Below, piece after piece: positions 9,919 to 19,100 of a stretch of DNA of 64,000 nucleotides. This stretch comes from a phage. Position numbers and translations under genes: made by a program. Under the pieces are notes generated by a model. The model ran no database searches and had not been told where the DNA came from. It saw only the letters and a list, made by a program, of their open reading frames with translations. The stretch lies in sequence record OZ335964.1. One strand, 5' to 3'. Position 1 is the stretch's first letter. Every line of letters begins with the position of its first letter.

Positions 9919-9937
9919 GTTGTCCTCTCGTTGTTTT

Positions 9938-9965
9938 CGATGTGAGCATTATACATTAGCTAATC
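9938..9965 (-). promoter_or_regulatory. sigma70-like early promoter (TTGACA-N16-TATAAT)
   Basis: minus strand, directly after nrdD terminator, upstream of gene 9376..9918. Confidence 0.55.
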
Positions 9966-9971
9966 ATGTTG

Positions 9972-10003
9972 TCAACACCCCAAAACGAAAAAGCCGACCC
10001 TTT
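9972..10003 (-). terminator. intrinsic terminator after nrdD
   Basis: GC hairpin with GAAA loop and U-run on minus strand. Confidence 0.6.
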
Positions 10004-10018
10004 CGGATCGGCTAAAAA

Positions 10019-11881
10019 TTACATGTGCTTAACGCGGTTTACCATCTCGGAGTGTTTCCCGTGGTTAAATGGACGCAGATCAACAGATCCAAGATATCCA
10101 CTAACGCGCCGGATAACATTCATCTTTTCCAGATTGTCATTGCCGCAATCAGGACAAACAAAACCAGACTCGGTCGCTCTCATTTCCTTAGTAGATCCGC
10201 ATACATGACATACATCAGAAGGAGTATTAACACCGAAGTAATGCAATTTATCCATTGCATAGTCTACTACAGTTTCAAGACCTTTCAGGTTGTTTTTCAT
10301 GTCTGGGAACTCAACATAAGAGATCATGCCACCGGACGCCAGCCAGTGATAATCTTTCTCAAAGTCGATTTTCTCAAACGGTGTGACTTTCCGGTCTACG
10401 TCAAGATGGAATGAGTTGGTGTACCAGTCTTTATCGGTAGCACCCTTAACAATACCAAATTGCTCTCGATCCAGTCGATTAAATCGATAGCAAAGGCTCT
10501 CGGCTGGCGTACCGTAAAGACTAAACCCAAGTCCGGTTTCGTCCTTCCATTTTTCAGTATAATGACGCAAGATCTTAAGAATATGTTTACCGTATCGCTG
10601 CGCATCTTCCGAATCAAACGGATGAACACCAAACAGGACGCTCAATACCTCATGTAAACCAATATATCCAAGAGAGATACTAGCGCGACCATCTTTCAAC
10701 ACTTCCAAAATTTCATCGTTTTGATGAATACGGAAAAATGCACCTTCTGTATACAGCACAGGAGCAACATTGGCTTTAGCCCCTTTTAAAGCGTCTACGC
10801 GACTCATCAGCGCATCAAAGCAAATAGGCATACGATTAGCTAGCTCTTGTTCGAATAGCTCAATTCTGCGCATTACAGACGCTTTACCAGCACGACGCGC
10901 GGCAATAAGAGCAATACGCGGAAGATTCAGAGTCACAACACCTAAGTTATTACGTCCGTCTAATACTTCTTCGCCTTTCTCATTATGCCACACACCCAGG
11001 AAGCTACGACAACCCATCGGGCTAACCGGAACACTAGATCCAGTGATACTACGGTTATTCTTCGCAGAGATATAATCAGGGTAAAGACGCTTACTAGAAC
11101 ATTCCAATGCAAGTTGCTTAATGTCGTAGTTCGGATCTTCCGGTTTAAGGTTTAATCCTTCTTCTAAGAACATCACCAGCTTAGGAAACACCGGAGTGAT
11201 ACCATCTTTACCTAAACCTTTAGTTCGAACGTTCAGGATCGCTTTCTGAATCAGTTTTTCTTCCCAGCTAGTACCCATACCAAAGGTTAAAGTCACAAAA
11301 GGCGTTTGACCGTTGGTAGAGAACAAAGTGTTGATCTCATATTCCAACGCCTGATATCCGTCTAACGTTTCTTTTTCTGTCTTCTCTTGTGCATAGAGAG
11401 TATCAGCTTTGATTCCGTAGGTTTCGGCATCAGCAAGGTGTTTATGATATGTTTTCTCAACATACGGTGCTAACACCTGATCGATGTTTGCAATTGTGGT
11501 CCCGCCATATTGATGACTTGCCACCTGTGCGATAATTTGAGCGGTTACAGCACAAGCAACGCCGATTGATTTCGGACTTTCGATTTGTGCACTACCCAAT
11601 TTAAAACCATTCTCTAACATGTCTTTGAGATTAACAAGACAGCAGTTAGTAAACGGCATAGCGGGTGCATAATCCATATCATGATAATGAATATCACCGT
11701 CTACATGCGCTTTATAGATGTGCTCAGGTAACACGGTTTTAGCAATCTGTTTAGACACAGCACCAGCAATCAGATCTCGACGTGTCGGGAATGTTCGCGC
11801 GTCTTTGTTCGCGTTCTCTTTGCTTACTTCGTTTTCTTTACCCGTTGCGATCTCTGTAATGTCTTTGATTAGTTTTTCCAT
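10019..11881 (-). CDS. nrdD: anaerobic ribonucleoside-triphosphate reductase NrdD (glycyl radical enzyme)
   Basis: 620 aa; C-terminal RVSGYLG glycyl radical motif and CPDCG zinc site. Confidence 0.9.
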   Translation of the reverse strand: MEKLIKDITEIATGKENEVSKENANKDARTFPTRRDLIAGAVSKQIAKTVLPEHIYKAHVDGDIHYHDMDYAPAMPFTNCCLVNLKDMLENGFKLGSAQIESPKSIGVACAVTAQIIAQVASHQYGGTTIANIDQVLAPYVEKTYHKHLADAETYGIKADTLYAQEKTEKETLDGYQALEYEINTLFSTNGQTPFVTLTFGMGTSWEEKLIQKAILNVRTKGLGKDGITPVFPKLVMFLEEGLNLKPEDPNYDIKQLALECSSKRLYPDYISAKNNRSITGSSVPVSPMGCRSFLGVWHNEKGEEVLDGRNNLGVVTLNLPRIALIAARRAGKASVMRRIELFEQELANRMPICFDALMSRVDALKGAKANVAPVLYTEGAFFRIHQNDEILEVLKDGRASISLGYIGLHEVLSVLFGVHPFDSEDAQRYGKHILKILRHYTEKWKDETGLGFSLYGTPAESLCYRFNRLDREQFGIVKGATDKDWYTNSFHLDVDRKVTPFEKIDFEKDYHWLASGGMISYVEFPDMKNNLKGLETVVDYAMDKLHYFGVNTPSDVCHVCGSTKEMRATESGFVCPDCGNDNLEKMNVIRRVSGYLGSVDLRPFNHGKHSEMVNRVKHM

Positions 11882-11925
11882 TGTATCACCTATGAAAAAG
11901 CGGGATTTCTCCCGCTCGTTGATAG

Positions 11926-12420
11926 TTATTTTACCAGTTCTGCTAATTCTTTTTCCGCCGCTTCCAGTTCAGCTTTCAGTTGTTTGATCTCTTGTCGCTT
12001 CTTATTAGCGGCTTCCTGCTTACTATTTCGGATAACCTGATCTAGATACAACTCCCAATCCTGAATATTTTTGATAATGTAGCCGTCAACGTTCAGAGCT
12101 TTAATATTAAGAACTTCTTCCAGCTTACTTAAAGAACGTTGTGTTTCTGGGAAGAAATAGTCATATTCACCTCGGTCAAACCAGTAGCTTATGCCAGCTT
12201 TATCTAAACGACGATGCAATTCATAAAAATCTCTACCATCTTCGACGATGAGTTTGTCTACATCGCCATTACAGTTAACAGAGACTTTGAATCTAATATT
12301 ATCAACCCCACCAAAAACATCAATAAGGATAGTTCCGATCGTGTTATCCGCGCTTCCAGTATCCATAAAAGATTCTAGTTTTTCTTGATTAGTAACGTAC
12401 CAAACATCTTGTTTCCACAT
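11926..12420 (-). CDS. hypothetical protein with C-terminal coiled coil (distant paralog-family member)
   Basis: 164 aa; beta-rich N-terminal part, KQLKAELEAAEKELAELVK tail. Confidence 0.5.
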   Translation of the reverse strand: MWKQDVWYVTNQEKLESFMDTGSADNTIGTILIDVFGGVDNIRFKVSVNCNGDVDKLIVEDGRDFYELHRRLDKAGISYWFDRGEYDYFFPETQRSLSKLEEVLNIKALNVDGYIIKNIQDWELYLDQVIRNSKQEAANKKRQEIKQLKAELEAAEKELAELVK

Positions 12421-12450
12421 AATATAATCCTCTCGTTGTTAAGTGGGAGT

Positions 12451-12478
12451 ATTATAGCATACTCCCTTCGCATGTCAA
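12451..12478 (-). promoter_or_regulatory. sigma70-like early promoter with stem-loop (TTGACA-N16-TATAAT)
   Basis: minus strand; hairpin GGGAGTAT..ATACTCCC overlaps spacer and -10. Confidence 0.55.
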
Positions 12479-13653
12479 GCACTAACTTTTTTCTTTACTG
12501 CTTTCACCTTCTGGCGAATTGCTCGAATCTCTTCGATCTCTTTTTCAGTCTCTTTAACAATTTCTTTGCGATTCTGAATATCTGTATCGAGATTATCATC
12601 AAGTTTAGGCAGCATGTCAATCAAGAACTTTTTAAAGTCTTTCAGGTTTCTGATAACAGCACCTTCACCCATTACCGCCACCCCTACACCATCCGGCAGA
12701 TCGCCAAACAGTTTAACCAGTTCAGACAGATGATCATGATCTTCTAGTGCTTCTTCCGGTTCAGATGGCAGTTCAACAAAGTTATAACGTTCATCATTGC
12801 TGATGATGTGATACCAGCAAAGCCCGAATGATTTCGGTGTATATTCTACACCATCAATTTCAACCGAGTCAACACTTCCATAATCATCTACTTTAGTTAC
12901 CTTAAATCCTTGTCCCAGCTTTTGAACAATTTCAACAACATGACTTGATACAGTTTCAGCGGTAAACCAATATGGCAAATTATGCTGATTTGGCTTGTAG
13001 CGTTCACCTACTTTAAATCTCTGACCAGCCGCTTGCATAGCATGAAATTGTTGTTTCGTGATTTCCGCGAAGTATTCAAATTCGCTACCATCAAACAAGC
13101 AATTCCATTGATCACAAAAACGATCCGCCTTGACGGTTTCACCTTTCGCGGTGATCACGGTAGCTGATCCGTGCAATTCTTCTTCAACTAAAAAGCCATA
13201 TTCGACAAAATCGACAAGTTTCATGGCTTCTTTGTGCTCTGGATCATTCTCTCCCCAGAATCGCTTAAATTCTTGCAAACCTTCCGGGGTAAACGAATAA
13301 CATTTACCTTTTTCAAAGTAAGTCGGCATTGCATCCTCTTTCTTGTTCATAGCTTCGTATGCCTCTTTTGAGATACGTTTAAAGTATTTGCGCTCATTGT
13401 GCATAATCATAGTAGCCCAATAATAAACGATATCCTCAGCGGAATAAACTACATCTCCAGCTTCAATAGTAATAACATGACCGTGGTCATCTTTTTCTAA
13501 TACTTTAAAGCCCTTTTCTACGATTTCAGCAACCCGAATATGACCACGGCGCGAAGCATCGGTCAGAATAATTGAATAGCGAGAAAAGTCTAGAAACTCA
13601 TCTTTACCGCCTTCACGGAATGCATAGTAATGACCTTCAAAGAATTTAGCCAT
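12475..13653 (-). CDS. paralog-family protein, multi-domain (ERKYFKRI and DERYNF repeats)
   Basis: 392 aa; repeated FKV..VD..G.V..IE.DG..Y units. Confidence 0.6.
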   Translation of the reverse strand: MAKFFEGHYYAFREGGKDEFLDFSRYSIILTDASRRGHIRVAEIVEKGFKVLEKDDHGHVITIEAGDVVYSAEDIVYYWATMIMHNERKYFKRISKEAYEAMNKKEDAMPTYFEKGKCYSFTPEGLQEFKRFWGENDPEHKEAMKLVDFVEYGFLVEEELHGSATVITAKGETVKADRFCDQWNCLFDGSEFEYFAEITKQQFHAMQAAGQRFKVGERYKPNQHNLPYWFTAETVSSHVVEIVQKLGQGFKVTKVDDYGSVDSVEIDGVEYTPKSFGLCWYHIISNDERYNFVELPSEPEEALEDHDHLSELVKLFGDLPDGVGVAVMGEGAVIRNLKDFKKFLIDMLPKLDDNLDTDIQNRKEIVKETEKEIEEIRAIRQKVKAVKKKVSA

Positions 13654-13684
13654 AATATAATCCTCTCGTTGTTTAGACGGGAGT

Positions 13685-13713
13685 ATCTTACTACTCCCGT
13701 TTCATCATGTCAA
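13685..13713 (-). promoter_or_regulatory. sigma70-like early promoter with stem-loop (TTGACA-N17-TAAGAT)
   Basis: minus strand; hairpin ACGGGAGTA..TACTCCCGT. Confidence 0.45.
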
Positions 13714-14276
13714 GCGTTAAATGACTTTTGGATCTCTTTCAGTTCAGCTACTTTATCGGCGCTGAATTTAGCGTAGGTATCATGTCGAATAATTTCACTT
13801 TCAAGAAAGGTTTCCAGCCGAGATCTATTTTCAATAAGGAACTCTTTCAGGTCTTCCGCGTTCTTGATAAAGATTTTATTGTCGGTAATGTCATCTTCAA
13901 TCGCAAAGGAGATAGAGCGAACTTTACCAAACAAGTTAATCAGATCTTCCAGAGATTCTTCTTTCTTAACTGGTTTCATTTCTTCAAACTGCTTTTTAGT
14001 GATGCGTTTAAAGTATTTGCGCTCGTTTGCAGCAATCAGAACAGATGCACCTTCATACTCATGAGTTTCTACCAGATACACACGACCCATCGCATCAACA
14101 GTGAGAACTTTAAAGCCGTTACAAAGCACGTCATACAAGAACTTATTATGTTGCGGACATCGTTTGATAAATTCCTCTGCGGACTCAGCATTACGGAAAG
14201 TGTAATAACGACCTCGTTCAAAAACAGCATCAGTTGAAGACTTAGCCGGATACAATTTATACGTTTTCTGTACCAT
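13710..14276 (-). CDS. paralog-family protein (ANERKYFKRI domain)
   Basis: ORF track 13710..14294; ATG at 14276 with GAGGATTATATT leader. Confidence 0.55.
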   Translation of the reverse strand: MVQKTYKLYPAKSSTDAVFERGRYYTFRNAESAEEFIKRCPQHNKFLYDVLCNGFKVLTVDAMGRVYLVETHEYEGASVLIAANERKYFKRITKKQFEEMKPVKKEESLEDLINLFGKVRSISFAIEDDITDNKIFIKNAEDLKEFLIENRSRLETFLESEIIRHDTYAKFSADKVAELKEIQKSFNA

Positions 14277-14290
14277 AATATAATCCTCTA

Positions 14291-14563
14291 TCATTTCACT
14301 AATTGAACAGCACGAAACAGAATGCGGTCACACGGAAGAAGCATAAATTCCCAACGCGGATCAAAGTCTTTAGCGGTATATGTTTTCCCATCAACCGAGA
14401 TTTCACTTACATAACCAATAGGTGACACTTTAAGAATAGTAAATCCATTCTTGATGACTTCGTAGGTATCTTTCAATCCTTCGTAGTCATCCTCTAGGAA
14501 GTCTTTACGTGCTTGCTCAGATTTAAAAACATAGGCCACACCGGATTTAAACATCTTACGCAT
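14291..14563 (-). CDS. paralog-family protein (single domain)
   Basis: 90 aa; FTILKVSPIGYVSEISVDGKTY; AGAAGGAGAATCAACA RBS. Confidence 0.5.
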   Translation of the reverse strand: MRKMFKSGVAYVFKSEQARKDFLEDDYEGLKDTYEVIKNGFTILKVSPIGYVSEISVDGKTYTAKDFDPRWEFMLLPCDRILFRAVQLVK

Positions 14564-14594
14564 TGTTGATTCTCCTTCTTGATTAGATGGGAGT

Positions 14595-14623
14595 ATTTTA
14601 CTACTCCCATTTCATGCTGTCAA
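14595..14623 (-). promoter_or_regulatory. sigma70-like early promoter with stem-loop (TTGACA-N17-TAAAAT)
   Basis: minus strand; hairpin ATGGGAGTA..TACTCCCAT; overlaps gp49 stop. Confidence 0.45.
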
Positions 14624-14626
14624 CTA

Positions 14627-15100
14627 CTATCTTAATCTTTGTATAAATTGTTTCTTATACTTCTTCGTGATCTCTTCTCTTGTATCCGCGTCACAATAAT
14701 CGAAACCTTCTGCGTCCATAATAGCAACCATCTCCGCGCGTGTCAAGCGTGAAAATCGTTTTACTTTATCAACAGCATATTGAGGATGTAAATGATTGTT
14801 GGTGTAGTCTCCTTTGATGTAATTAACATAGTTTGTAGCCCAAACAACGAAATCAGCACCTAAAGCACCAACACCAAACCGTTTAAAGTCTCCGGTCAAC
14901 GATCCTTCTAGGCGGTTGCAACACGAATGAAGCAATCCCCTTACGCGGCCTTGCCCTTTCCCATCTAGATCGTGGTCGTGGTCAAGATGGTTTTTGCTCA
15001 TATCCTCAAAAAGTGGCAATTGACAAAGGGGGCAAATGCCCCCCTGTTTTTCGAATAGTTCTTGTTTGTACTCTTTAGCACTCTTAGCAGTCAGTAACAT
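14627..15100 (-). CDS. 49: endonuclease VII (Holliday junction resolvase) gp49
   Basis: MLLTAK...CPLCQ...HLDHDHDLDG...GRVRGLLHSCCN matches remembered T4 EndoVII; ATG at 15100 after GGAGGG. Confidence 0.9.
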   Translation of the reverse strand: MLLTAKSAKEYKQELFEKQGGICPLCQLPLFEDMSKNHLDHDHDLDGKGQGRVRGLLHSCCNRLEGSLTGDFKRFGVGALGADFVVWATNYVNYIKGDYTNNHLHPQYAVDKVKRFSRLTRAEMVAIMDAEGFDYCDADTREEITKKYKKQFIQRLR

Positions 15101-15124
15101 AAATTCACCCTCCAAAGAAGGTAT

Positions 15125-15406
15125 TTAACCATTAATCTTGTTTTTGACTACAAAGGATCGGAACTCATCAAAGCCACCAATATAATCACCATTATAGAAA
15201 ATCTGCGGCATGGTGGCAATAACTTCTACCCCTGCGCGATCCTGAATATCGGCAATGATAGAATCAATCTTTACAGGGCGACCGTTTTCGTCAACACCAT
15301 CATTAACCGGAATGTAGATGTAAGGGATCTTACGCGATTCACAAAGGCGCTTTGCATTCTGGCAATACTTACAGTTGTAACCTTCAAAACCAAAAATTTC
15401 TACCAT
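15125..15406 (-). CDS. nrdC: glutaredoxin/thioredoxin NrdC-like
   Basis: CKYC active site, MPQIFYNGDYIGGFDEF; ATG at 15406 with GAGGT RBS. Confidence 0.8.
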   Translation of the reverse strand: MVEIFGFEGYNCKYCQNAKRLCESRKIPYIYIPVNDGVDENGRPVKIDSIIADIQDRAGVEVIATMPQIFYNGDYIGGFDEFRSFVVKNKING

Positions 15407-15414
15407 ATTATACC

Positions 15415-16227
15415 TCAATCTACGTTAGTTACATAAACTTCTTGTGTATCAGAAGACTTGCCTCCTGAACGATCTAGGCAATAGGTCTTATTCAACAGGA
15501 CGCAGTTTAGATCATTCCTCTTGATAAAGTCAAGAAGATGATCATTTACCTTTCCCTTATGATGCGTGACATTACTGATACCAAACTGAAAACCACGCAC
15601 CATAATAGATTCCACCCACTGATAGAATTTAATCTCTTCCTCGTCACTCCAGAACTTATTATATTCCGCAGAAGTGATAAGGTACGGCGGGTCCAAATAA
15701 ACGAAATCGCCTGGCAAGATCTCGATCTCGTCATATCGTCCAGAAGTAAAATTGATTCGACCGTCTTTGTTTTCTTCTTTAAAATTCAGGACACGCTCTA
15801 CCGCGTTTTCGTTAAAAGTCCGGCGACCAAAATTAGCATTAAATTCGCCCTTCCGGTTATGTCGGTTAATGTTGCTAAAACTATGCTGAATCAACACAAA
15901 CAGCGATAGCGGATCTGGATTCTCGTTATACTTCTTACGGAATGTCATGTAAGCGTCTTTATCTTCGCGAGACAAACCATTCTCGGCAATAATCCGCTTG
16001 ATCGTAGAAACCGGATCAGGACACTCGTCAATGGCCTTGTAAGCGTCAATTAAACGATGGTCGTAGTCATTAGCCAGCACATCACCTTCGACGTACAGAG
16101 ACACGCTCAAGCCACCACAAAAGGCATCGACAAAGCGGTTATAGTGCTTAGGGAAATACTTACTAACACCAGGCAATAACTTTTCCTTATTGCCCGTATA
16201 GGGAATTAAACCTAATGCTTTCTTCAT
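15415..16227 (-). CDS. dam: DNA adenine methyltransferase Dam (GATC-type N6-adenine MTase)
   Basis: FVDAFCGGLSVSL SAM motif, DFVYLDPPYLITSAEYNKFWSDEEE matches remembered T4 Dam. Confidence 0.9.
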   Translation of the reverse strand: MKKALGLIPYTGNKEKLLPGVSKYFPKHYNRFVDAFCGGLSVSLYVEGDVLANDYDHRLIDAYKAIDECPDPVSTIKRIIAENGLSREDKDAYMTFRKKYNENPDPLSLFVLIQHSFSNINRHNRKGEFNANFGRRTFNENAVERVLNFKEENKDGRINFTSGRYDEIEILPGDFVYLDPPYLITSAEYNKFWSDEEEIKFYQWVESIMVRGFQFGISNVTHHKGKVNDHLLDFIKRNDLNCVLLNKTYCLDRSGGKSSDTQEVYVTNVD

Positions 16228-16658
16228 TATCCCTTCCTCAAATACGTTCGCTCAATCTCTACCAGTTCGAAAAATTCTTGCCAACCGCAAGGAAAATTGC
16301 AGTTTCCAAAATGATCCTCTTTGTAAAGTTCTTTACCGGATGGCAGCTTAATATCTGTTACGCTGTAGTATCCGCAACAATCGCAATCACCCTCTGTATA
16401 TTCTGTTTTAGTCGGAATATCCATCATTGCCAGATACAAAGGTACATCGTCTTGCTCAAAGTTCATGTAACCTTCATGGTCAAACGAAACAAAATTGTCA
16501 TCACCGCCGAAAGGGATATAATGGTCATAATCGGTTACAGGTTGACCGTGTAATTCCCATTCTACAATTTTAACATTACCGCTAAAATTGATACCCATAA
16601 TTTCAACAAGAAAATGAGTATCGTCAATGTAAATCTTACTAGGAGTTGGATAAACCAT
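16227..16658 (-). CDS. hypothetical protein
   Basis: 143 aa; GAGGATTATATA leader. Confidence 0.5.
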   Translation of the reverse strand: MVYPTPSKIYIDDTHFLVEIMGINFSGNVKIVEWELHGQPVTDYDHYIPFGGDDNFVSFDHEGYMNFEQDDVPLYLAMMDIPTKTEYTEGDCDCCGYYSVTDIKLPSGKELYKEDHFGNCNFPCGWQEFFELVEIERTYLRKG

Positions 16659-16668
16659 TATATAATCC

Positions 16669-16962
16669 TCATATCTCAGAGAATAGAATCTCTGTTAATC
16701 GCACTGACTGCTCTCTGAATGTTAGCGTATACTCGAAAGGAAAGTCAACACCTAATTTCAGAAGAGAATAGCCTACCGCCTCTTTATGCTTATCTGTTAG
16801 GGCAATCCTAACCAATTCCCGTTGAATCTCTTTAGGCGGTGAATGGATAGTAACACGGGTATCATGTAATGTCCAGTCACCATTTCGAATTAAGATTAAC
16901 GGTTTATCATCATTGAAGATCACCGACCCCTTTCCGGTCGGTGAGTGTTTTATACTAATCAT
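16669..16962 (-). CDS. hypothetical protein
   Basis: ORF track starts with TTG at 16965; ATG at 16962. Confidence 0.45.
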   Translation of the reverse strand: MISIKHSPTGKGSVIFNDDKPLILIRNGDWTLHDTRVTIHSPPKEIQRELVRIALTDKHKEAVGYSLLKLGVDFPFEYTLTFREQSVRLTEILFSEI

Positions 16963-17176
16963 CAAATTCTAAGAAATATTCTGGAACGATATAACCGTTA
17001 AAGTCATTGCACTTATAAAAATGTGGTGCATTTAATGCTGGATGAGCATTAGTAAAGAGTTTACCCTCTAGAAACAGAATGTAATTAATAGGTCTAATAC
17101 CGACAGAATCAGGATCTAATCCCTTTTCTCTCAGTTCAGCCAGCGTTAAAACTCGTCCAGATCGTAACTTAGCCAT
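16955..17176 (-). CDS. hypothetical protein
   Basis: 73 aa ATG-initiated ORF. Confidence 0.45.
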   Translation of the reverse strand: MAKLRSGRVLTLAELREKGLDPDSVGIRPINYILFLEGKLFTNAHPALNAPHFYKCNDFNGYIVPEYFLEFDD

Positions 17177-17462
17177 GATTTACCCCAAATTCATCAAGAT
17201 TGTGTCGCAGCATTTCAGAGTATTTTTCTACTTCCTTGATCTTAGTGTGGATATCCACGATCTCATCTTCACTATCAGATAGTTTAATGGCAATCGCGAG
17301 CGTGCTTTTACCAGCTTTCATAGTCTCTTTCCGTTCAACCAATAGATCCGCGTGTTTCAATAGCAATTCTTCACGTCGAACATAAGCGACGGTCAAAGCC
17401 TCATCAGCAATTTCTAAAGCATTTTCAGCGACACCAACAACCATTTTACGAGTAGACAGCAT
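17169..17462 (-). CDS. hypothetical protein (predicted helical)
   Basis: 97 aa ATG-initiated ORF. Confidence 0.45.
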   Translation of the reverse strand: MLSTRKMVVGVAENALEIADEALTVAYVRREELLLKHADLLVERKETMKAGKSTLAIAIKLSDSEDEIVDIHTKIKEVEKYSEMLRHNLDEFGVNHG

Positions 17463-17476
17463 AAATTCACCTCACA

Positions 17477-17785
17477 TTATTTCACGTTAACGCCGTCATC
17501 AATCCAGCCGACGCTATTTGGTTTAACAGTTTTACCATAGGATGCATACTTAATCAAGCATGGTTTAACATCGTTATCAAATCTTCCTAAACGTACTCCA
17601 AAATCAGGAATATCCATGTATGCGGCTTTATATCCCCATGTGCCATATTCAGAATCAATCTCAACCGGACGGCCTTTAAAAGCATACACTACACCGTGAC
17701 GGTCAACGATAACATAGCAATAGCCAGCCGGAAGATACACAGTTTCGCCGTAAACTTTAACTGGAGTAGCAGAAGAGATAAACAT
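17477..17785 (-). CDS. hypothetical protein
   Basis: 102 aa; GAGGATTATATT leader; promoter-stem-loop upstream. Confidence 0.5.
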   Translation of the reverse strand: MFISSATPVKVYGETVYLPAGYCYVIVDRHGVVYAFKGRPVEIDSEYGTWGYKAAYMDIPDFGVRLGRFDNDVKPCLIKYASYGKTVKPNSVGWIDDGVNVK

Positions 17786-17819
17786 AATATAATCCTCACA
17801 TCGTTCATTTGATGCGGTT

Positions 17820-17848
17820 ATTATAGGATAACCGCATTTTCATGTCAA
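17820..17848 (-). promoter_or_regulatory. sigma70-like early promoter with stem-loop (TTGACA-N17-TATAAT)
   Basis: minus strand; hairpin GCGGTTAT..ATAACCGC in spacer. Confidence 0.55.
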
Positions 17849-17854
17849 CAGTTT

Positions 17855-18163
17855 TTAAAAATCTTCTTCCGGTTTATATCGACCGTCATCGACTGGTTTT
17901 GGACTGAATCCTGTATGTGTGCGCGGTTTAACTTCCGGTTTGCCAGCAATCATCAAACCAAAACATTTCAATCCTTTATAGCACATAACAATATTAACCA
18001 CTGTCCACGTTATAGGCCATACGATTGCAGCAATACAAAATGCTCCTGTATCGACCTCTTTGGTGTCCTTGTCGAATCTGGCGTACAAGCAGAATACTAG
18101 ATACGAGATCATTGCACCTGTAGGCCAGATATAAAGCACATTAACAATATCTTGTGTTGTCAC
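17855..18163 (-). CDS. small membrane protein
   Basis: ORF track 17855..18229; GTG start at 18163 preceded by GGAGGATAAC right after upstream stop; hydrophobic helices. Confidence 0.5.
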   Translation of the reverse strand: MTTQDIVNVLYIWPTGAMISYLVFCLYARFDKDTKEVDTGAFCIAAIVWPITWTVVNIVMCYKGLKCFGLMIAGKPEVKPRTHTGFSPKPVDDGRYKPEEDF

Positions 18164-18173
18164 GTTATCCTCC

Positions 18174-18452
18174 TTACATGTCTTGCAGTGCATAAAAGCA
18201 TTTTTCTTCGTAGTCATAGAAAATGTCAAAGTATGCTTTTTCTACATACTCGCCATTGATCCAAGCGGCAGTAACAATCAGAGTGGTCCAGTTAGATCCG
18301 CTCTCAACGGTAAAGGTTTTAATACCCAGCTTCGCTGCTAAGTCGAACGCAAACCGGACGCAACCACGGCAGGAAGTGATATTGGAAGTTTTGATTTTAA
18401 AGCCACCGCGAGTTTTAGAAATTTCTACTTTAGCGAAAGACAGGTTGCTCAT
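18174..18452 (-). CDS. hypothetical protein
   Basis: 92 aa; AAGGAGAATCAAA leader; promoter-stem-loop upstream. Confidence 0.5.
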   Translation of the reverse strand: MSNLSFAKVEISKTRGGFKIKTSNITSCRGCVRFAFDLAAKLGIKTFTVESGSNWTTLIVTAAWINGEYVEKAYFDIFYDYEEKCFYALQDM

Positions 18453-18494
18453 TTTGATTCTCCTTAAGAAAGTGTGTTTCGTTTTGATGTGTGT

Positions 18495-18523
18495 AGTATA
18501 GGGGATCGGTGATCCCCTGTCAA
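18495..18523 (-). promoter_or_regulatory. sigma70-like early promoter with stem-loop (TTGACA-N17-TATACT)
   Basis: minus strand; spacer is palindrome GGGGATCACCGATCCCC; conserved leader ...AAAACGAAACACAC...AAGGAGAATCAAA. Confidence 0.55.
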
Positions 18524-18532
18524 CAACTTTTT

Positions 18533-18862
18533 TTATGAGTTTAGTGAATTAACTACTACATCAAAATGATGTACAGAGTACACCTTATTAAACACATACT
18601 CATCGTGTTTAGGAATAGCCCCTAATCGCTCTATTTCGCTCGCTAACACGATAAACCGTTTATCCGGTGCATTTACCTTATATGCTTCAACAACGCACGG
18701 GAAACGCGTTTCAGAGAGTTCTGGATAGTTTTCTGAATCCATCAGGACAATGAATACCCTGTTACATTGATTGTAGAATCCTGTTTTTGATTTCATCAAG
18801 TTTTCTTCTCTGTACAATTCGTGCAATCTTCCTTTCATGATTTCGTTGGTTCTTGTCTTCAC
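18533..18862 (-). CDS. hypothetical protein (start uncertain; candidates 18838, 18796, 18742)
   Basis: ORF track coordinates; overlaps upstream gene, no unambiguous RBS. Confidence 0.35.
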   Translation of the reverse strand: MKTRTNEIMKGRLHELYREENLMKSKTGFYNQCNRVFIVLMDSENYPELSETRFPCVVEAYKVNAPDKRFIVLASEIERLGAIPKHDEYVFNKVYSVHHFDVVVNSLNS

Positions 18863-19100
18863 AGTTTACCCACTCAACAAGATCTTTACCTAACTCGAAA
18901 GCCCATTCTCGGTCTTGCTTTACGTTTTGTAGGTATGGACTTTCTGACACTCTACGAAGTGATGTTGTCGTAACAAGAATGATCCCAAGAATGGTCGGAT
19001 GTTCCTTTCCATATACAATAGGACGCGAGTCACTATCAATACCTTGTAAGAAGGTGTATCCTGAATCACTTAGAATCATATACTTTTTCATTTCACACAT
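18762..19100 (-). CDS. hypothetical protein
   Basis: ORF track starts with GTG at 19103; ATG at 19100. Confidence 0.45.
   Translation of the reverse strand: MCEMKKYMILSDSGYTFLQGIDSDSRPIVYGKEHPTILGIILVTTTSLRRVSESPYLQNVKQDREWAFELGKDLVEWVNCEDKNQRNHERKIARIVQRRKLDEIKNRILQSM

Noticed and set aside
13728-14237. 169 aa plus-strand ORF and similar antisense ORFs throughout 1-38 kb (e.g. 476..721, 10025..10414, 15538..15909, 30945..31298)
   Set aside because: Each lies antisense within a minus-strand gene supported by RBS, synteny or motifs; AT-rich genomes give long spurious antisense frames.
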